From a bacterium (GTDB taxonomy: Bacteria > Omnitrophota > Gorgyraeia > Duberdicusellales > 4484-171): a stretch of 64,000 nucleotides of DNA. The notes under the pieces are model-generated. The model saw nothing but the letters and a program-made list of their open reading frames with translations, did no database searches and was not told where the DNA came from. The first letter of the stretch is position 1, and each line of letters opens with the position of its first letter. The position numbers and the translations under genes are program-made. Below are positions 1 through 9,119 of this stretch, in pieces. The stretch spans positions 8,359 through 72,358 of the forward strand of contig JAJYOP010000006.1 of the NCBI GenBank assembly GCA_021796115.1, in the 5' to 3' direction.

Positions 1-1
1 A

Positions 2-424
2 ACAAAAACAACTATCGAGAAGTTGCTCGATGAAAGAGGCGGACAGCCGGATATAGCCGCCTGCGATATCAGAGACAAAATGGAGAGAGTAAAACGATTC
101 ATCGAAAGGAATTGTTTTAAAAAAATTTCTCTAAGCGATGCAGCAAATGCGGTGTATTTGAGCCCGAAGTATTTAAGCCGGGCATTTAAAGAGCATACCG
201 GTGTGGGGTTCAGCGATTTCAAACTGACGGTAAAAATAGATAAATCCAAAGAACTTCTAAATAAAACAGGGTACAAAATAGACCAGATTTCCGATAAACT
301 TGATTATCAAAATACAGAATCATTCATAAGACAGTTCAAAAAATTTACCGGCCTCACGCCAACCCAATACCGGAAAAAAAAGTGGAAGGCAGTAAAGAAG
401 ATAAAAAAGAAATCAATAGCTTAA
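2..424 (+). CDS. AraC/XylS-family transcriptional regulator, C-terminal HTH part (5' end outside window)
   Basis: Frame is open from the window edge. Twin HTH signature LSDAANAVYLSPKYLSRAFK ... ESFIRQFKKFTGLTPTQYR. Confidence 0.8.
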   Translation, partial: TKTTIEKLLDERGGQPDIAACDIRDKMERVKRFIERNCFKKISLSDAANAVYLSPKYLSRAFKEHTGVGFSDFKLTVKIDKSKELLNKTGYKIDQISDKLDYQNTESFIRQFKKFTGLTPTQYRKKKWKAVKKIKKKSIA

Positions 425-550
425 GGCTAAAATTATTCAGGCAGCGTCGGATTGACTATGCATAAAGCCAGCCACATTTTTTCAGCCTTATTCCTCGCGA
501 GATACCCCGGGCTTTACCGACCGGGAAGGCCTTACTTTTAAAATCGAAAA

Positions 551-1294
551 ATGGAGAAGAAAATGGATAATACAAAAAGATTTTCCGAGGTAGAAATCCT
601 TGCCGGAGCTGTTGCACACGGATTGCGCAATCCTTTGGCAGCGATAAAGCTTGCGGTTTACAATATGAAGCGCAAAAAAACCGGCCTAGAGGAGGACAGG
701 CATCTTTTGAACATTGACAAGAAAATCGAAGAAAGCGAAAATCTTATAAATAGCCTTTTACTTTATTCACAATCAAGGCTTCTGCATTTTGATGAGATAG
801 ACATACATGAAATTCTTCTTGAATCTATCGCTTTCCTCAAGGGCAACCTTAAAAAAGACCGCCTAAAAGTTTCAGAAAAGAAGCGGTACCATGAGGACGC
901 GCTTACGGAAGCCGATCCTTTGCAAATAAAAGAAATGTTTGGCCATATCCTGAAAAACGCCTATGATGCCGTAAGCGAGAACGAAGGTAAAATAGAAATT
1001 ATAGCAGAGTATGCCGATAATGAATTTATTACGATACATTTTAAAGATGCGGGTTCAGGGATTGACGATGCGGACTTGCCCCGTATTTTTGAACCGTTTT
1101 TTACCACAAAACCAAAAGGTATCGGCCTTGGCCTTTCCATGAGCCGGCAGATAATCGAGCTGCACCAAGGAAAAATTAATATAACGAGCAAAAAAGGCGA
1201 AGGCACGACAGTAACCGTTATATTGCCGAAAAGGAAGCCAAATGACGCAGCAACTTTCCGGGTCTCTAGCGGCGACGAAAAATTACGTAGCTGA
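551..1294 (+). CDS. soluble sensor histidine kinase (HisKA + HATPase_c, no TM or sensor domain)
   Basis: H-box AHGLRNPLAAI. ATPase boxes LKNAYDA, DAGSGI, GIGLGLS. The last ~10 codons run into a palindromic repeat. Confidence 0.85.
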   Translation: MEKKMDNTKRFSEVEILAGAVAHGLRNPLAAIKLAVYNMKRKKTGLEEDRHLLNIDKKIEESENLINSLLLYSQSRLLHFDEIDIHEILLESIAFLKGNLKKDRLKVSEKKRYHEDALTEADPLQIKEMFGHILKNAYDAVSENEGKIEIIAEYADNEFITIHFKDAGSGIDDADLPRIFEPFFTTKPKGIGLGLSMSRQIIELHQGKINITSKKGEGTTVTVILPKRKPNDAATFRVSSGDEKLRS

Positions 1295-1476
1295 ATTTAG
1301 CCCCGCACTTACTTTTGTAACAACAATGTATTTATATAACAAAAAGTTATATCCAAAAACTCTTTTAATTTTGTTCAAACATACTTTCAAAAATAAGTGC
1401 GGAGCTAATTCGTACTATCATTTTTCCTTCGCCACTAGCGGCTCGGAAAAATGATGTACTCATTAAAGGAGGCAGA

Positions 1477-1839
1477 ATGTCAAAAAGGATTCTTATAACT
1501 GATGATGACCACGAACTCTGCGAGGAAATGGCTGAAATACTTAAAGTTGATGGCTATAATGTTGATATGGAATTTGACAGCTTATCTTGCGAAAGAGCCT
1601 TGAACAAGAAGAAATACGATATTTTTATCCTCGATTACAAAATGCCGGGTTTAAATGGCATTGAAATGCTAAAACTCATCAAACAAAGAGAACCGCAATC
1701 GAAAGTTTTTATTATCAGCGGCAAGCATAATATTAAAGATATGCTTCAGGAGGATAATCTTTATAATTTAGTAGATGGTTTTTTGAATAAGCCTTTTGAT
1801 GTTGACGAATTCCTCGCAAAAATAAAATCTGTATCCTAG
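1477..1839 (+). CDS. stand-alone response regulator receiver (CheY-like)
   Basis: ILITDDD ... ILDYKMPGLNG ... SGK receiver motifs. SD aaaggagg upstream. Confidence 0.85.
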   Translation: MSKRILITDDDHELCEEMAEILKVDGYNVDMEFDSLSCERALNKKKYDIFILDYKMPGLNGIEMLKLIKQREPQSKVFIISGKHNIKDMLQEDNLYNLVDGFLNKPFDVDEFLAKIKSVS

Positions 1840-1999
1840 GTGCGCTTTTACGAGCTATCACGTTAAAGCGTGTTACCTGCTACTTGTTACCTGATACGTT
1901 CCTCATAGATCAACGAAAAAAGTCAATAAAAATGAGAACTCGCCAATTTACTTTTCATACCCAGTGGTTAATATTATTTAGGTTAATTTTTATAATTAA

Positions 2000-2135
2000 C
2001 CCATTTTGTCAGAATTCCGCGGGCTTCGCCCCTTGGCCTTGCGGCGCAATGTATCAGCGTGGCGGAAAGGGACGTCGCCCGCGCTTTAAGCGGGCAAAAA
2101 AAGGGCCTACGGGTTTTGGCCGTGGGGGCCTCCAG
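2000..2135 (+). repeat. R1 repeat copy A (about 120-135 nt multi-hairpin element)
   Basis: Shares GGCGGAAAGGG-CGTCGCCCGCGCTTTAAGCGGGC-A-run-GGCC-ACGGG-TTT-GCCGTG-GGG-CTCCAG with copies at 12258, 23111 and 2704. ORF 1884..2138 is its translation artefact. Confidence 0.8.
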
Positions 2136-2221
2136 TAGTTGATATGTTTATTTTGACAGGGCAGTAATTAAGAAAATTTGTTGGTTCTTCGCCTGAAAAA
2201 ATTTTATGAGGGGGACGTAAT

Positions 2222-2617
2222 ATGAAAACAAAAAAAATATTAGTAGTTGATGATGACGAGGATTTTTTAAGAGAGTTAAGTGAAATGTTAACTTTAAGCG
2301 GCTATGCGATAATTTCTGCCCATGATAGCAAAATGGTAGCCCAGCTTGCTCAAAGTGTAAATCCCGATGTTATCCTTCTTGACCTTAAAATGAATGGGAT
2401 AGATGGATTTGAGGTAGCGCAAACTTTAAAAGATTCTTCGGAAACAAACCATATTCCGATTATAGCCATGACCGGATATTTTACTTCACCGGAGTACGCT
2501 GATTTGATAGAAAAATATGGCTTCAGGGGGTGCCTTAAAAAACCTTTCAATCCTTTAGACCTGATTATCCGCGTGGAAAGTATTCTGGCAAATAATAAGG
2601 ATAAGGACTGGATATAA
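2222..2617 (+). CDS. stand-alone response regulator receiver
   Basis: ILVVDDDEDF ... LLDLKMNGIDG ... MTG receiver motifs. SD gaggggga. Confidence 0.85.
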   Translation: MKTKKILVVDDDEDFLRELSEMLTLSGYAIISAHDSKMVAQLAQSVNPDVILLDLKMNGIDGFEVAQTLKDSSETNHIPIIAMTGYFTSPEYADLIEKYGFRGCLKKPFNPLDLIIRVESILANNKDKDWI

Positions 2618-2632
2618 TTTCGCGGGTTATTT

Positions 2633-2803
2633 ATGAAAGAAAACGCGCAATTTTATAACAAAATCCTGGATAATCTCTATGATGGCGTCTATGTATTAGA
2701 TATGGCGGGAAGGGGTGTCGCCCGCGCTTTAAGTGGGCGAAATAAAAATGAACCACGGGTAAAGCCCGTGCGGGCTCCAGTAAATTTTCGAAAAGCAGAT
2801 TAA
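2633..2803 (+). pseudogene. 5' remnant of a PAS-domain sensor gene truncated by an R1 repeat copy
   Basis: ATG at 2633 gives MKENAQFYNKILDNLYDGVYVLD, a typical PAS N-terminus. The frame then reads straight into repeat R1 (2704-2780) and stops at 2801. Confidence 0.6.
2704..2780 (+). repeat. R1 repeat copy B (3' two-thirds only)
   Basis: GGCGGGAAGGGGTGTCGCCCGCGCTTTAAGTGGGCGAAATAAAAATGAACCACGGGTAAAGCCCGTGCGGGCTCCAG matches the 3' part of the other copies. Confidence 0.8.
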
Positions 2804-2995
2804 CACAGATACGCGCAGGTTGCATAAAGTGTTCGCAGACAATTTTATCTATAATCTGCGCGTGTCTCGTGTTTTTATGTCCTGATTGCCGCACTTGTGA
2901 TATAATTTCAACCATTGAGTTCCAGGGAACAGGGCGCAGGTTAAACCATATTGGGCCCTGAACCCTGCACTCTGAAACTTGTTTAAAATAAGAAT

Positions 2996-4699
2996 ATGCT
3001 TAACGAACTTACGATAAAAATCGCAGGCGAAGCAGGCCAGGGAATGCAGACTGTCGGATTCAATCTTTGCCAGCTACTTAAAAGAACCGACTTTTACATT
3101 TTTGCCAATCAGGATTACATGTCCCGTGTGCGCGGCGGGAATAACTTTTTTCAACTCCGCATCTCACAAAAGCCTTCACAAGCTTGCCGAAAATTGAGCG
3201 ACATAATTGTTACGCTTGATAAGCAAAGCGTAGCTATCCATGGCACCAATCTTTCCGAAGGCGGCATACTCATAATGGATAGCAAAAAATTCAACATTGC
3301 CCAAGAAGAACGTTATTTTGATATTCCAATGTATGAAATGGCACTTAGCCTAGGTAGCGATTTATTCGTCAATTCGATAGTTTATGGATTAATTTCAGGG
3401 ATACTGGGTATAACCAACGGCAATATTTTTGAAGTTATTAAGGAAGCTTTTTCCGATAAGGGTGAAGAACTGATTTCAAAAAATATTGCCGCCGCAAAAG
3501 CTGGCATAGACTATGCGAAAAATAATTTCAAGGATGAAAGGTTTTTTATGACAGCAAGAACCGGAGAGCGTACTCTTCTGATGAACGGCAATGAGGCAAT
3601 TGCCCTGGGCGCGATACGCGCGGGTTGCAAATTTTATTCCGGTTACCCAATGACACCCTCAACAAGCATCATGAATGAAATGGCATATCACGCAAAAGAT
3701 TTTAATATCATAGTCGAACAGGCAGAAGACGAAATTGCGGCAATAAATATGGTAATCGGCGCTTCATTTGCCGGCGTAAGGGCGATGACAGCCACATCTG
3801 GCGGCGGCCTTTCTTTGATGGTCGAAGGATTATCGCTTGCGGCGATGACGGAAACGCCCGCAGTAATAGTAGATGCACAAAGGCCTGCGCCGGCCACGGG
3901 ATTTCCTACGCGCACTGAACAGGCTGATTTAAATTTTGTACTTTATTGCGGACACGGAGAATTTACCAGAGCAGTATTTACTCCGGGAACGATTGAGGAA
4001 GCCTACTATCTTACTATTCATGCTTTTAATCTTGCCGAAAAATATCAAATCCCGGTTTTGATTATGACTGATCAATATCTTGCCGATTCTTACCGCAACA
4101 TTTCAGAGCTTGACCGGAATGCGATAAAAGTTAAACGCTTTATTATCTCCAGAGAAGCTTCGAAAAACATTACAAATTATAAAAGGTATGAATTAACCGA
4201 TTCAGGCATATCGCCTCGCGCAATACCTTCCTGGATAAATGATGTAATCTATGCCGACAGCGATGAGCATAACCAAGAAGGCCATATCACCGAAGAGGCA
4301 AGAGTACGCGAGAGTATGGTAGAAAAAAGGCTTTATAAGAAAATGCAGGGCCTTGAGAAAGAAGTTATTGAGCCAAAATCTTATAACTTTGAAAAAGCAA
4401 CGATTGTAATTATCGGGTTTGGCTCAACTTTCGGAGCGATAAAAGAAGTTTCTGACGCATCTTCAGGAAAAATAGGGTTTATTCACCTTCCACAGGTTTG
4501 GCCTTTACCGAAAAAAGGACTGACAGATCTTTTAAAAAGCAAACAAAAGGTTATAACCGTAGAAAATAATGCTTCCGGACAGCTTGCAAAATTGCTGCAT
4601 TCCGAAGCCGATATAAAAATTGAAAAATCTATCCTTAAATTTGACGGAAGGCCGTTTAACGCGGACGATTTAATTGAAGAAGTAAATAAGTTATTATGA
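2996..4699 (+). CDS. 2-oxoacid:ferredoxin oxidoreductase, fused gamma/alpha subunit
   Basis: N-terminal gamma-type domain (IAGEAGQGMQTVG) followed by an alpha domain (GYPMTPST, AEDEIAA). Followed by the beta subunit gene. Confidence 0.85.
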   Translation: MLNELTIKIAGEAGQGMQTVGFNLCQLLKRTDFYIFANQDYMSRVRGGNNFFQLRISQKPSQACRKLSDIIVTLDKQSVAIHGTNLSEGGILIMDSKKFNIAQEERYFDIPMYEMALSLGSDLFVNSIVYGLISGILGITNGNIFEVIKEAFSDKGEELISKNIAAAKAGIDYAKNNFKDERFFMTARTGERTLLMNGNEAIALGAIRAGCKFYSGYPMTPSTSIMNEMAYHAKDFNIIVEQAEDEIAAINMVIGASFAGVRAMTATSGGGLSLMVEGLSLAAMTETPAVIVDAQRPAPATGFPTRTEQADLNFVLYCGHGEFTRAVFTPGTIEEAYYLTIHAFNLAEKYQIPVLIMTDQYLADSYRNISELDRNAIKVKRFIISREASKNITNYKRYELTDSGISPRAIPSWINDVIYADSDEHNQEGHITEEARVRESMVEKRLYKKMQGLEKEVIEPKSYNFEKATIVIIGFGSTFGAIKEVSDASSGKIGFIHLPQVWPLPKKGLTDLLKSKQKVITVENNASGQLAKLLHSEADIKIEKSILKFDGRPFNADDLIEEVNKLL

Positions 4700-4828
4700 C
4701 AAACTCTAAACTCGAAACCCTAAACTCTAAACAAACTATAAACTACAAAGTCCAAACACAAAACGTTTTGAGTTTAGAATTTTGAGTTTATGATTTGTTT
4801 AGAGTTTCGAGTTTAGTGTTTAGAATTT
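4700..4828. repeat. about 130-nt imperfect palindrome (word ctaaac/gtttag) between the oxidoreductase subunit genes
   Basis: Left arm is A/C-rich (caaactctaaactcgaaaccctaaactctaaac...). Centre is aaaacgtttt near 4760-4769. Right arm is G/T-rich (..gtttagagtttcgagtttagtgtttag). Confidence 0.85.
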
Positions 4829-4847
4829 AAATTAAACAGAGATATTT

Positions 4848-5705
4848 ATGAACATAAATGATTTCAAAAGTAATGACCCGATAGCCTGGTGTTCAGGTTG
4901 TGGAGATTTTGGCATTCTCACCGCATTAAAAAAATCTCTCCTCAAGCTGGGCAGAGAACCAAAGGATATTTTGCTTGTTTCAGGTATCGGCCAGGCAGCC
5001 AAGCTGCCGCACTATATAAAAAGCAATTGTTTTAACGGGCTTCACGGCAGGGCTATCCCTCCGGCAGTGGCGGCAAAAATTGCGAATAATAAATTAACCG
5101 TTATCGTTACTACCGGCGATGGCGATTGCTATGGAGAAGGCGGCAATCATTTTCTCCATAATATCAGACGAAACACGGATATAACCGTCATTGTCCATAA
5201 TAACCAGATTTACGGCCTTACCAAGGGGCAGGCTTCGCCAACCACAGACCCTGGTTATGTAACTAAAGTTCAAACCGAAGGAGTTGTTTTAGAGCCGCTA
5301 CATCCGCTTGAAATGGCTATTGCGCTGGGCTGTGCTTTTGTTGCGCGAGGATATTGCTCCGACCTTGAACATCTCTCCTGGCTGATACTTGAAGGGATAA
5401 ACCATAGGGGGTTTTCCCTTATCGACGTGCTTCAGCCCTGCGTAACTTTTAACAAAAAAAATACCTACGAATGGTATTCAAAACGGGTTTACAAATTGAA
5501 TGACGATAAATCCTATAACCCCAATGATAAAGATTCAGCTTACAGAAAAGCTGCGGAATGGGGAGAGAGGATACCCATAGGAATAATTTATAAGGCCGAA
5601 AAAGAGTCTTACGAAGAGAAAACAGGGCTTAACCAAAAAACCGCGCTTATAGATGAGAACATCGACGATATCGATATAAGTCCAGCCTTAAAAAAATTTA
5701 TCTGA
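4848..5705 (+). CDS. 2-oxoacid:ferredoxin oxidoreductase, beta (TPP-binding) subunit
   Basis: WCSGCGDFGIL and GDGDCYGEGGNH TPP-binding motifs. Confidence 0.9.
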   Translation: MNINDFKSNDPIAWCSGCGDFGILTALKKSLLKLGREPKDILLVSGIGQAAKLPHYIKSNCFNGLHGRAIPPAVAAKIANNKLTVIVTTGDGDCYGEGGNHFLHNIRRNTDITVIVHNNQIYGLTKGQASPTTDPGYVTKVQTEGVVLEPLHPLEMAIALGCAFVARGYCSDLEHLSWLILEGINHRGFSLIDVLQPCVTFNKKNTYEWYSKRVYKLNDDKSYNPNDKDSAYRKAAEWGERIPIGIIYKAEKESYEEKTGLNQKTALIDENIDDIDISPALKKFI

Positions 5706-5871
5706 CAAAGTTGCGCTTTTCCAAGTTATAACGGCCTAGCGAGCGGCACATTTGTAGAAAAAAGTCGGCAAAAAGAAGAAGCCAGCCATTTACTTAAAGC
5801 CTGCCCTTAACTACACTTCTATTTACAAGGTTATTTATAATTTCTGCAAACGTAACCAAAGGAAAGTAAAA

Positions 5872-7113
5872 ATGCCTAATCAATCCGCTATTTCTTCAAG
5901 AGATGCAAATTTATGCAGCTATGCTTTAAAAAAATTATTTACAACAAGCCGTGCATTAAAAACTTTACGCTACTGCAATCAAGTTTTTATAAAATCATCA
6001 AGCGAGAAAGAGTTGCTTGGTGGCGTGTGCAAAGTCATAGTTAAAGAAGGCGGCTATGTTCTGGCCTGGATTGGTTTTTGCGAAAAAAATCCGCAAAAAA
6101 GTGTTAAGCCTGTGGCCTGGGACGGGATAGGTGGCGCTTACATGAAGAACTTGAAAATTACATGGGCTGATGACGAACATGGTCGAGGGCCAGCAGGCAC
6201 GGCAATACGCACAGCCAAGCCTTATGTTGCTAAAGACATCCTAAAAGATCCCGGCTTTAATCCCTGGCGCCTGGAGGCTCTTAAATGCGGGTATCATTCT
6301 TCCATAGCTTTACCGCTAATTTTTGATAAACATGCCTTTGGAGTATTGTCAATATATGCCAAAGAACAGAATGGTTTTAACGATGAAGAAGAAAAACTGC
6401 TTTTTGAGCTTTCCAATAATCTCTCTTACAGCCTTATGAATTTAAAACTTCGTATCAGGCACCATCTTCAACATCACAAGATGCAGCGCAGGATAGAAGA
6501 TGCGTTTGTCTATACTGTAGGGGCTTTGGCAAGAGCAGCAGAGGCAAATGACGAAGACACAGGCAACCACATATTGAGGGTAGGAGAATATTGTGTGCTT
6601 ATTGCGAAAAAATTAAAAATGCCGAAAAAATTCATAGAAAATATAAGCCTTCAGGCACAACTTCATGATGTAGGCAAGATTCATGTTGACTCCTCCATAT
6701 TAAAAAAAGCCGGCAGCCTTACCTCTGATGAATGGGGCGAAATGAAAAAACATACGATTTTTGGTTCGCAGATAGTAGGCAACCACCCTGTATTTAAAAC
6801 AGCCGGCATCGTTGCGCTTACGCATCATGAAAGATGGGATGGCAGCGGTTATCCCTATGGATTAAAAGGAGGCAATATTCCTATCGAAGGACGGATAATT
6901 GCGATGGCCGATCAATATGATGCTATGAGAAATGCACGTATTTATAAACCGGCATTTGGCCATGAGGAAGTCTATAAAATTATTACCTCCGGCGATGGCA
7001 GGACCAAACCTTCTGATTTTGATCCAGATATTTTGCGGGTGTTTAAAGAAACCCATCTGGAGTTTAACAAAATCTATGAATCTCTCAAAATGAAAAATTC
7101 TCAACTTTTGTAG
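5872..7113 (+). CDS. GAF domain / HD-GYP domain protein (putative c-di-GMP phosphodiesterase)
   Basis: HDVGK ... HHERWDGSGYPYGL HD-GYP signature. GAF-like N-terminal half. Confidence 0.8.
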   Translation: MPNQSAISSRDANLCSYALKKLFTTSRALKTLRYCNQVFIKSSSEKELLGGVCKVIVKEGGYVLAWIGFCEKNPQKSVKPVAWDGIGGAYMKNLKITWADDEHGRGPAGTAIRTAKPYVAKDILKDPGFNPWRLEALKCGYHSSIALPLIFDKHAFGVLSIYAKEQNGFNDEEEKLLFELSNNLSYSLMNLKLRIRHHLQHHKMQRRIEDAFVYTVGALARAAEANDEDTGNHILRVGEYCVLIAKKLKMPKKFIENISLQAQLHDVGKIHVDSSILKKAGSLTSDEWGEMKKHTIFGSQIVGNHPVFKTAGIVALTHHERWDGSGYPYGLKGGNIPIEGRIIAMADQYDAMRNARIYKPAFGHEEVYKIITSGDGRTKPSDFDPDILRVFKETHLEFNKIYESLKMKNSQLL

Positions 7114-7133
7114 AAAGAGTATCAACATAATTC

Positions 7134-7544
7134 ATGTCACAAAAAATAAATAAGCCAAAAATTTTGTGCTCTTCGCTGATTATTTTCCCGCTTTTGTCCG
7201 TCTTTTTTTCTACTTCAAGTATTTTTATCTTACAAAAATGCCCGGCAGCCGAAGAAACACCTCATAAAAAAGCGGTGGTAATAAAAGTTGAGGCCTTCAG
7301 GTATGGCTACTTGCCAGACCCCATAAAAGTAAAAAAAGGCGATAAAGTAAAACTTCTTATAACCTCAAGAGACGTAAAACACGGTTTTTATATAAAGGAA
7401 TACGGCATAAACAGTACGGTGGAAAAAGGCAAAATTACAGAAGTAAATTTCCTTGCCAACAAAAGAGGAGAATTTACCATTGTCTGCACAGTTTACTGCG
7501 GCTCAGGCCATCTTTCCATGAAAGGTAAATTGGTTGTAGAATAA
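7134..7544 (+). CDS. small membrane-anchored or secreted cupredoxin with CuA-type ligand set
   Basis: DVKHGF plus C-TVY-C-GSG-H-LS-M (C-x3-C-x3-H-x2-M). N-terminal hydrophobic segment. Confidence 0.7.
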   Translation: MSQKINKPKILCSSLIIFPLLSVFFSTSSIFILQKCPAAEETPHKKAVVIKVEAFRYGYLPDPIKVKKGDKVKLLITSRDVKHGFYIKEYGINSTVEKGKITEVNFLANKRGEFTIVCTVYCGSGHLSMKGKLVVE

Positions 7545-7600
7545 AGCAAGTGATATTTATCTGGAGTTTCCCCATTTTTTTATTTTTAAAGGACGGGTGT

Positions 7601-7677
7601 CACGGATTGTTGCGGATTCATACGGATAATTATAAGGTTTTATCCGTTTGCATCCGTAACATCCGTTTAAATCCGTG
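7601..7677. repeat. acggat/atccgt word palindrome
   Basis: cacggattgttgcggattcatacggataa ... ttatccgtttgcatccgtaacatccgtttaaatccgtg. ORF 7550..7744 is an artefact of it. Confidence 0.8.
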
Positions 7678-7763
7678 CCTGAAATGTTTACAGATTTGGT
7701 GTTTTGGCGCTAATTCGTGCCATGATGTCAGGCTGCTAAAGTAAATTTTAAAGGAGGTGTGTT

Positions 7764-7961
7764 ATGGCTATCGAGCGAGTTTCGAGGTCCAATCCTTCAT
7801 TAGGTAAACCTAAGGAAGCAATGCATGAAATGATTGCCAAACGTGCTTTTGAGATTTGTCAAAAGCGCGGTTGCCGGCCCGGCAATGAGTGGTCAGACTG
7901 GTTTGACGCGGAAAAAGAGATAAGAGCTGAATTACAGGCGGATATATCAGGAAAAAAATAG
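7764..7961 (+). CDS. DUF2934-like small protein
   Basis: IAKRAFEICQKRGCRPGNEWSDWFDAEKEI motif. Strong SD aaaggaggtg. Confidence 0.65.
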   Translation: MAIERVSRSNPSLGKPKEAMHEMIAKRAFEICQKRGCRPGNEWSDWFDAEKEIRAELQADISGKK

Positions 7962-8018
7962 AAGCTAATCCAGGCTATTTTGCCTAAGGACTTTAGTTTG
8001 TTTTCAAAGGAGGCAGGT

Positions 8019-8435
8019 ATGAAAAAATGGTTTTTCTTGTTTGTTTTAGGAGTTTTATGCGCTCCCTTTTTTGCTTTTTCAGAAGAAAAAACAATCATCG
8101 GCGAAGTCATTGATGTATCATGCTATGTAGCACAGGGAGCCAAAGGCATGGAGCATAAGCAATGCGCAATTGCTTGTTTGACGGCAGGAGAGCCGGCTGG
8201 GATACTTGAAGATAAGACAGGCAAAATCTATCTGGTTGTTACCGAAGACCATAAAACAAATCCCAGAGATAAAGTTATGCCTTTTGTGGCAAAAATGGTT
8301 GAAGTAACTGGCGACGTTAATGAGCGTTCGGGCGTAAGCACTATTGACATCAAAGATATAAGAGAAAAAACCATGAATGAGATGCCGATGAATGAAGGCG
8401 GCAAAACTATGCCAAAAAAGAGCATGGCCCATTAA
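8019..8435 (+). CDS. secreted protein of unknown function
   Basis: ATG at 8019 preceded by aaggaggc. Signal peptide MKKWFFLFVLGVLCAPFFAFS. Confidence 0.6.
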   Translation: MKKWFFLFVLGVLCAPFFAFSEEKTIIGEVIDVSCYVAQGAKGMEHKQCAIACLTAGEPAGILEDKTGKIYLVVTEDHKTNPRDKVMPFVAKMVEVTGDVNERSGVSTIDIKDIREKTMNEMPMNEGGKTMPKKSMAH

Positions 8436-8606
8436 TCTCTTTGATTAAGCATAGTAAAAGAATTTAGTGAAACCTCATCGGACTAATCCGTGAGGCTTAC
8501 TCCCGAGCAGTGTCCGGTAAGTACGATAACGATTGAAAAATAGTTAATAGTCCACAGGTTTTCGTCTATGACCTCTGCTCTGGACTATGGGCCAGATGGA
8601 GATACA

Positions 8607-9118
8607 ATGAAAAAGATAGCTCTATTAGTCGAGGATACGTATCAGGTGCTCGAGGCATGGTACCTTATCTACGTTTAAGAGAAGAAAATCTTGCGGCCGT
8701 ATTTGTCGGAACCGGCAGAAAGAAGAAATATGGCAGCAAAGAAGGTTATCCGGTTCCAGAAGAAGTATCGGTTAAAAAAATAAAAAACTCGGATTTTTCA
8801 GGCGTAATAATTCCAGGAGGATATGCGCCTGATATTTTAAGAAGGGAAGAAGAGATGGTTTCTTTCGTTAAAAAAATTAACGAAGAAAAAAAGCTTGTTG
8901 CTGCGATATGCCATGGATTATGGATGTGCGTGTCCGCCGATATACTGAAAAATAAAAATGTGACCTGTTTCTTCTCAATAAAAGATGATGTGGTAAATGC
9001 CGGAGCTGAATATATAGACAAAGAAGTTGTAGTTGACGGGAATTTAATTACTTCGCGTAACCCCTATGATTTACCGTATTTTTTCCGGGAGGCTGTCGGA
9101 TTTCTGGGACGGAAATAA
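8607..9118 (+). pseudogene. DJ-1/PfpI family protein interrupted by a 1-nt frameshift
   Basis: MKKIALLVEDTYQVLEAWY (frame 1, stop at 8676) continues as PYLRLREEN...AICHG... in ORF 8657..9118. Restoring one C in tggtacc-ttat rejoins the frames. Confidence 0.75.
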
Positions 9119-9119
9119 C

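Noticed and set aside
1884-2138. ORF-track entries 1884..2138, 23119..23313, 7550..7744, 47902..48156, 2631..2915(-) and 1242..1454
   Set aside because: They lie entirely within repeat or palindrome elements. The arginine/glycine-rich or low-complexity translations recur wherever the repeat recurs, and they have no SD and no coding-like composition.
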